Positions 60,318 to 64,000 of a DNA stretch of 64,000 bases are shown one piece after another (position 1 is the stretch's first letter; each line of letters begins with the position of its first letter). The notes beneath the pieces were generated by a model, which saw nothing but the letters and a program-made list of their open reading frames with translations, was not told the origin of the DNA and made no database searches. The position numbers and the translations under genes are program-made. Source of the stretch: a virus; the IMG/VR virus record IMGVR_UViG_3300044641_010328, positions 1 to 64,000 of that record. The stretch is one strand, 5' to 3'.

Positions 60318-62804
60318 CTACCCGCACTTGGAGTATGAGCAATTCTTGCAAGAAAGGCATCCTTCCTGGTACACGAGCTCGGTATTTCCACATTGCGGAC
60401 AGCCTTTCTCTGAGGATGCTGTTCCATCCTTGATGTAACCCTTTAGAACCCGGGCAATGACCCGAGCAAAGGAGAACATGTCGCTGCTCTTGTCCTTCTG
60501 TAGCTGCTCAACAACGTAATGAAGAGGAACCTCATGGCGTAGAGCAAGAGATACAGTCCGAGAAAAAGCGCCTTGTGTTGGATTATTGAAGAGGTTGATG
60601 ATGTCCTTGAAAACAAGATTTTCATCATCTCCAACAGGAACATGAAGATTGTACGTTGTTATTCCGTCACGCTTCCCGTTCTTTATGAGCATGCCTGACT
60701 TGTACTTCTTTGGGATTTCAATATTCTCAGGAATCCCGCAGAATACCTCGTAAGGCTTTCCGTCGTTGAGCCCTACAAGAACAAGCCAGGATTCAGAGAT
60801 ATCTCCGTTCCTAACATTGGCACGGTGAATATCGCACGGCAATGACTTTGAACGCTTTGGAATAAGCCTGCCGTCTTCCGGCTTCTTCTCCTTCTTTGGC
60901 TCATCAGCAGCTACAAGAACTCCTGTTCGACATCCGTCCCTGTATACCGTGAACCCCTTGCAACCGGACTTCCACGCCTGAAGGTAGACATCGTTGACTG
61001 TCTCACGAGTCGCAGAGTTCGGGAGGTTGCAGGTCTTGGAGATCGAGTGATCGATCCACTCCTGCGCAACTGCCTGGATCTCTACGGACTTCATCCAGTC
61101 GATGTCATTGGCAGTTCCGCCCCAGTATGGGCTCTCCTTCGGGTCAGTCTTGCCTGTGACGTCCATCCACTTCTTGAACCAGTGGTGATAGACCGTGTAC
61201 TCCTGCCACTTGTCTCCCAAGGGATCCACGAAGTCAACTCTGGATGTGAGGTCGCCCTGCGTGATCTTGCGGCGGCGCTTGTAGGAGAGGAGGAAGGCGG
61301 GCTCGATGCCGGATGTCGTACGGGTAAGACAAGAGACAGAACCGACCGGAGCGGTGGTGGTGAGGGCGATGTTACGACGACCTGTTTCCTTCCACATCTT
61401 GGTGTAATCACCATTGCAAGAGGTGATCACCTTCTTCAGGTAGACGTGGTCCTTCTCCTTCTCGTAGTCCCACACAGGGAATGCTCCGCGCTCTTTCGCC
61501 ATGATGAGAGAGGATCGGTGAGCACCAACTGCGAGCGCCTTATAGATCTCTCTGGTGATGTCGATGGAACAGTTATCACCATAGCGTGCATTGAGAGCCG
61601 CGATTGCATCTCCAAGCCCTGTCACTCCGAGGCCTGTGCGACGACCGTTAGTCCCTGCAGCTCGAATCTTTTCCCACAAGTCCCGCTCGATCTGCTTCAC
61701 ATGCTTTGGCTGTGGATCTTTCTCAATCTTCTCAAGAATGCGATCAACGCACTCAACTTCAAGATCGACAAGGTCATCCATCAGCCGCTGCGCCTTCATC
61801 ACGACTGTGTTGAAACGATCGAAGTCAAAACGAGCATTATCAGTGAAGGGATCCTTCACGAAAGAAGTGAGATTGACGACCATGAGACGACATGAATCGT
61901 ATGGACTGAGGGGAATCTCACCGCAAGGGTTCGTGGAGATTGTCTTGTAACCGACATCGCGGTAGCAATCGACGATACCATGATTGACCACTGTATCCCA
62001 AAAGAGGGCACCGGGTTCTGCAGAGGCCCAAGCAGCATCGACGAACTTGTCCCATACCTGCTTCGCGTCGATCATCTTCACAATTTCAGCGTCTTCTGGG
62101 TGAGCCTCGACTGGCCACCGAAGGCAGAAGCCAACGTTGCTCTCGACCGCCTGCATGAATTCGTCGGTGAACCGGATCGAGATGTTGGCACCTGTGACCT
62201 TCTTCAGGTCGCGCTTGATGTCGATGAATGTCTCGATCTCCGGGTGGCGACAGTCAATGGTGAGCATGAGTGCGCCACGACGTCCACCCTGCGCCACCTC
62301 GCGCGTGGAATTGGAGAACCTCTCCATGAAAACACCAATACCGTCCGTGGTCCGAGCAGCATTGGACGTAGGCTGCCCCTTCGGGCGTATGGTTGAGATG
62401 TCAAACCCGACCCCTCCGCGCCGCTTCATGATCTGGACCTGCTCCTGATCTGTGAAGAGAATACCTGCGTAGCTATCATGGGGCTGGTCAACCACAAAGC
62501 AGTTTGAGAGAGACTGCAGCTGATGTGGATTTCCGATTCCTGACATCGGTGACCCCTGCGGAACTACATCAGCAAAGTTCTTGAGCAGGCTGTAAATTTC
62601 TTCCTCGCTCATCGGATTTGGATACTTTGCCTCAATTCTTGCAAACTCGCTTGCAAGACGACGGTGCATCATGTCAGGGTTTGTTTCTAAAAGATGATCA
62701 CCATCCCTTAGAGCGTATTTCATAAAAACATCGGGTGCTAGCTCATCACCTTCGAAGTACTCGTTTGTCTCTCGAAGGGCCCGATCTTTGACTGACTCAG
62801 ACAT
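60318..62804 (-). CDS. nrdJ: Class II (B12-dependent) ribonucleotide reductase
   Basis: LSNCFV, RRGALM, TNPCGEI, APVGS, ISKTCN, KGFTVYRDG.R; C-terminal Zn ribbon; no NrdB nearby. Confidence 0.92.
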   Translation of the reverse strand: MSESVKDRALRETNEYFEGDELAPDVFMKYALRDGDHLLETNPDMMHRRLASEFARIEAKYPNPMSEEEIYSLLKNFADVVPQGSPMSGIGNPHQLQSLSNCFVVDQPHDSYAGILFTDQEQVQIMKRRGGVGFDISTIRPKGQPTSNAARTTDGIGVFMERFSNSTREVAQGGRRGALMLTIDCRHPEIETFIDIKRDLKKVTGANISIRFTDEFMQAVESNVGFCLRWPVEAHPEDAEIVKMIDAKQVWDKFVDAAWASAEPGALFWDTVVNHGIVDCYRDVGYKTISTNPCGEIPLSPYDSCRLMVVNLTSFVKDPFTDNARFDFDRFNTVVMKAQRLMDDLVDLEVECVDRILEKIEKDPQPKHVKQIERDLWEKIRAAGTNGRRTGLGVTGLGDAIAALNARYGDNCSIDITREIYKALAVGAHRSSLIMAKERGAFPVWDYEKEKDHVYLKKVITSCNGDYTKMWKETGRRNIALTTTAPVGSVSCLTRTTSGIEPAFLLSYKRRRKITQGDLTSRVDFVDPLGDKWQEYTVYHHWFKKWMDVTGKTDPKESPYWGGTANDIDWMKSVEIQAVAQEWIDHSISKTCNLPNSATRETVNDVYLQAWKSGCKGFTVYRDGCRTGVLVAADEPKKEKKPEDGRLIPKRSKSLPCDIHRANVRNGDISESWLVLVGLNDGKPYEVFCGIPENIEIPKKYKSGMLIKNGKRDGITTYNLHVPVGDDENLVFKDIINLFNNPTQGAFSRTVSLALRHEVPLHYVVEQLQKDKSSDMFSFARVIARVLKGYIKDGTASSEKGCPQCGNTELVYQEGCLSCKNCSYSKCG

Positions 62805-62835
62805 TTACAGCTCCTTGGGAATCATTATACCCGAA

Positions 62836-63999
62836 CTACTTACCGTTAATCTCTTTCCACTTCTCTTTAAGAAGAGTTTTCATTGATGTTCCATCTGCCT
62901 TAACCACGTCGTTGAGTGACATCTCATCCGCGTTGAGCAGCGTGAACTTTGACATGGAAGTATCTATCTGCATGGGAAACAACATTCCGTCACGGCCTGC
63001 TCGATTCTTGGCAACAAAGATGCGACCAGTACCGGTTGATTTTTCATTTGGCTTTCGAGAGATGGAAAGAACAACGTCAGCAACCATCGCTTTGCCATAT
63101 GCTTCAGACATGTTTTCGAGACCGACGATGTCTGCGTTAGAGGCGTCTCGATTTGCCTGTGATGCAGTCCAGATTGGAATGCTCATCTCCATGGACATGT
63201 TTCGAAGCTCTTCATAGACAAGCTTTAGCTCATGTCGTAGAGAATCAAAGCTCCTAGATGACTTCATGATATCTGCATAGTCAATGATCACAACACTCGG
63301 TACAAATCCCTTGAGAAGAAGCTTTTCTATATGATTACGCAGAGTCTGAACTGACGGAGTACCAGTAGGATACTCCTTAATAATAAGCCTTCCGAGTTGC
63401 GTATCCTTGTAGAAGTCAAGCACCTCTTGCTTGCGATCGATCACTTCATTGCTTGGAATGCTGCAGAGGTTAGAATCATATCGAAGTCCGACTGCGGACT
63501 CTGTGAGCTCAAAGGTGTAATGCACCACATTCTTGCCGACTCGCAAAGCTTCTGCACCCATCTGGACCAGGAAGTGAGACTTTCCAACCCCGGTCGGTGC
63601 AACGACAACTCCGAGCTCTCCTCTTCCAAGACCACCATTCAGAATGTCAGGCGCATCGATCTGAAGCAATCCAGTCGGGCATACCTGTCTACGTGTTCTA
63701 ACAAATCTTGCCTCGATGTCCTCGAAGAAGTCATGTCCGACGGATGCAGGAGTTCCGGCGGCCAGAGCATCTTTCATCAGCCCGACAACAGAGTCAAGAT
63801 TATCAGTTGCGATCATCTCAACAGCCTTCTCAAGGGCCTCTTTCATCGCCTGCTTCTTGCAGAAATCAAGAGACTTATCCTTGACATACTGCAGATCGCC
63901 AATGTTTGGATTGGTTCTGACTCGCTGTAAGAAGTCAATGATCTGATCCCGGAGGATCGTGTCCTTTCCTTCCCGCAGATCATCCTTGATGATCGTGAC
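62836..63999 (-). CDS. Replicative DnaB/gp41-like helicase (5' end outside the window)
   Basis: APTGVGKS, IIDYADIM, WTASQANR, KNRAG; frame open to the window edge. Confidence 0.93.
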   Translation of the reverse strand, partial: VTIIKDDLREGKDTILRDQIIDFLQRVRTNPNIGDLQYVKDKSLDFCKKQAMKEALEKAVEMIATDNLDSVVGLMKDALAAGTPASVGHDFFEDIEARFVRTRRQVCPTGLLQIDAPDILNGGLGRGELGVVVAPTGVGKSHFLVQMGAEALRVGKNVVHYTFELTESAVGLRYDSNLCSIPSNEVIDRKQEVLDFYKDTQLGRLIIKEYPTGTPSVQTLRNHIEKLLLKGFVPSVVIIDYADIMKSSRSFDSLRHELKLVYEELRNMSMEMSIPIWTASQANRDASNADIVGLENMSEAYGKAMVADVVLSISRKPNEKSTGTGRIFVAKNRAGRDGMLFPMQIDTSMSKFTLLNADEMSLNDVVKADGTSMKTLLKEKWKEINGK

Positions 64000-64000
64000 A

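Noticed and set aside
42034-63999. Inteins or introns in dnaE, nrdJ or the helicase
   Set aside because: Lengths are normal, motifs are contiguous, and no C...HN-C/S/T junctions or LAGLIDADG blocks were seen. The DnaE PHP insertion is a short acidic loop.
1-64000. Bacterial chromosome or eukaryotic giant virus origin (GroEL, GlnII, SOD, MBD4, zincless Fpg)
   Set aside because: Single-strand dense gene packing, SD sites, sigma-70, T4-like late motifs, gp41-like helicase, virion proteins and many orphans fit a large bacteriophage.

Overview
This window is a 64-kb segment of a large (jumbo or huge) tailed dsDNA phage genome. It uses the standard genetic code, and nearly every gene lies on the minus strand. 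The host is probably a myxobacterium or relative (Myxococcota/Bdellovibrionota), inferred from a CglF/GltF gliding-motility homolog and Asp/Thr/Gly-repeat lipoproteins. From left to right it contains: (1) 0.3-5.6 kb, an array of 11 canonical tRNAs, one D-armless tRNA-like gene and a structured CCA-ending RNA, interrupted by three AT-rich homing-type endonucleases; (2) 5.7-21 kb, accessory and late genes (nucleotidyltransferase, CglF, SGNH-M23 peptidase, phosphoesterase, Nudix/cupin/cytidylyltransferase, Dps-like, GIY-YIG, large putative head proteins); (3) 21-30 kb, helicase, UV glycosylase, GreA, a sigma-70 that lacks region 4.2 plus a coupled stand-alone region-4.2-like HTH gene, Hsp20, GroEL and a 5'-3' exonuclease; (4) 30-38 kb, late genes that often start with an amphipathic helix ending in L/I-x-E, including an Fe/Mn SOD; (5) 38-64 kb, nucleotide metabolism, replication and repair (dCMP deaminase, DHH, TK, epimerase, NMP-kinase/TS-like fusion, DnaE, deoxyribosyltransferase, two ThyX paralogs, all-alpha dNTPases, Fpg, MBD4-like glycosylase, GlnII, ClpP, NrdJ, DnaB-like helicase) plus virion proteins. 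The best candidates for undescribed systems are a cytosine-modification pathway (TS-like domain with the dCMP-type Asp, a divergent ThyX, dNTPases and an MBD4-like T:G glycosylase), a split sigma factor with a non-canonical -35 promoter class, a phage-borne CglF, and unusual RNAs. All calls come from manual motif reading; no searches were run.
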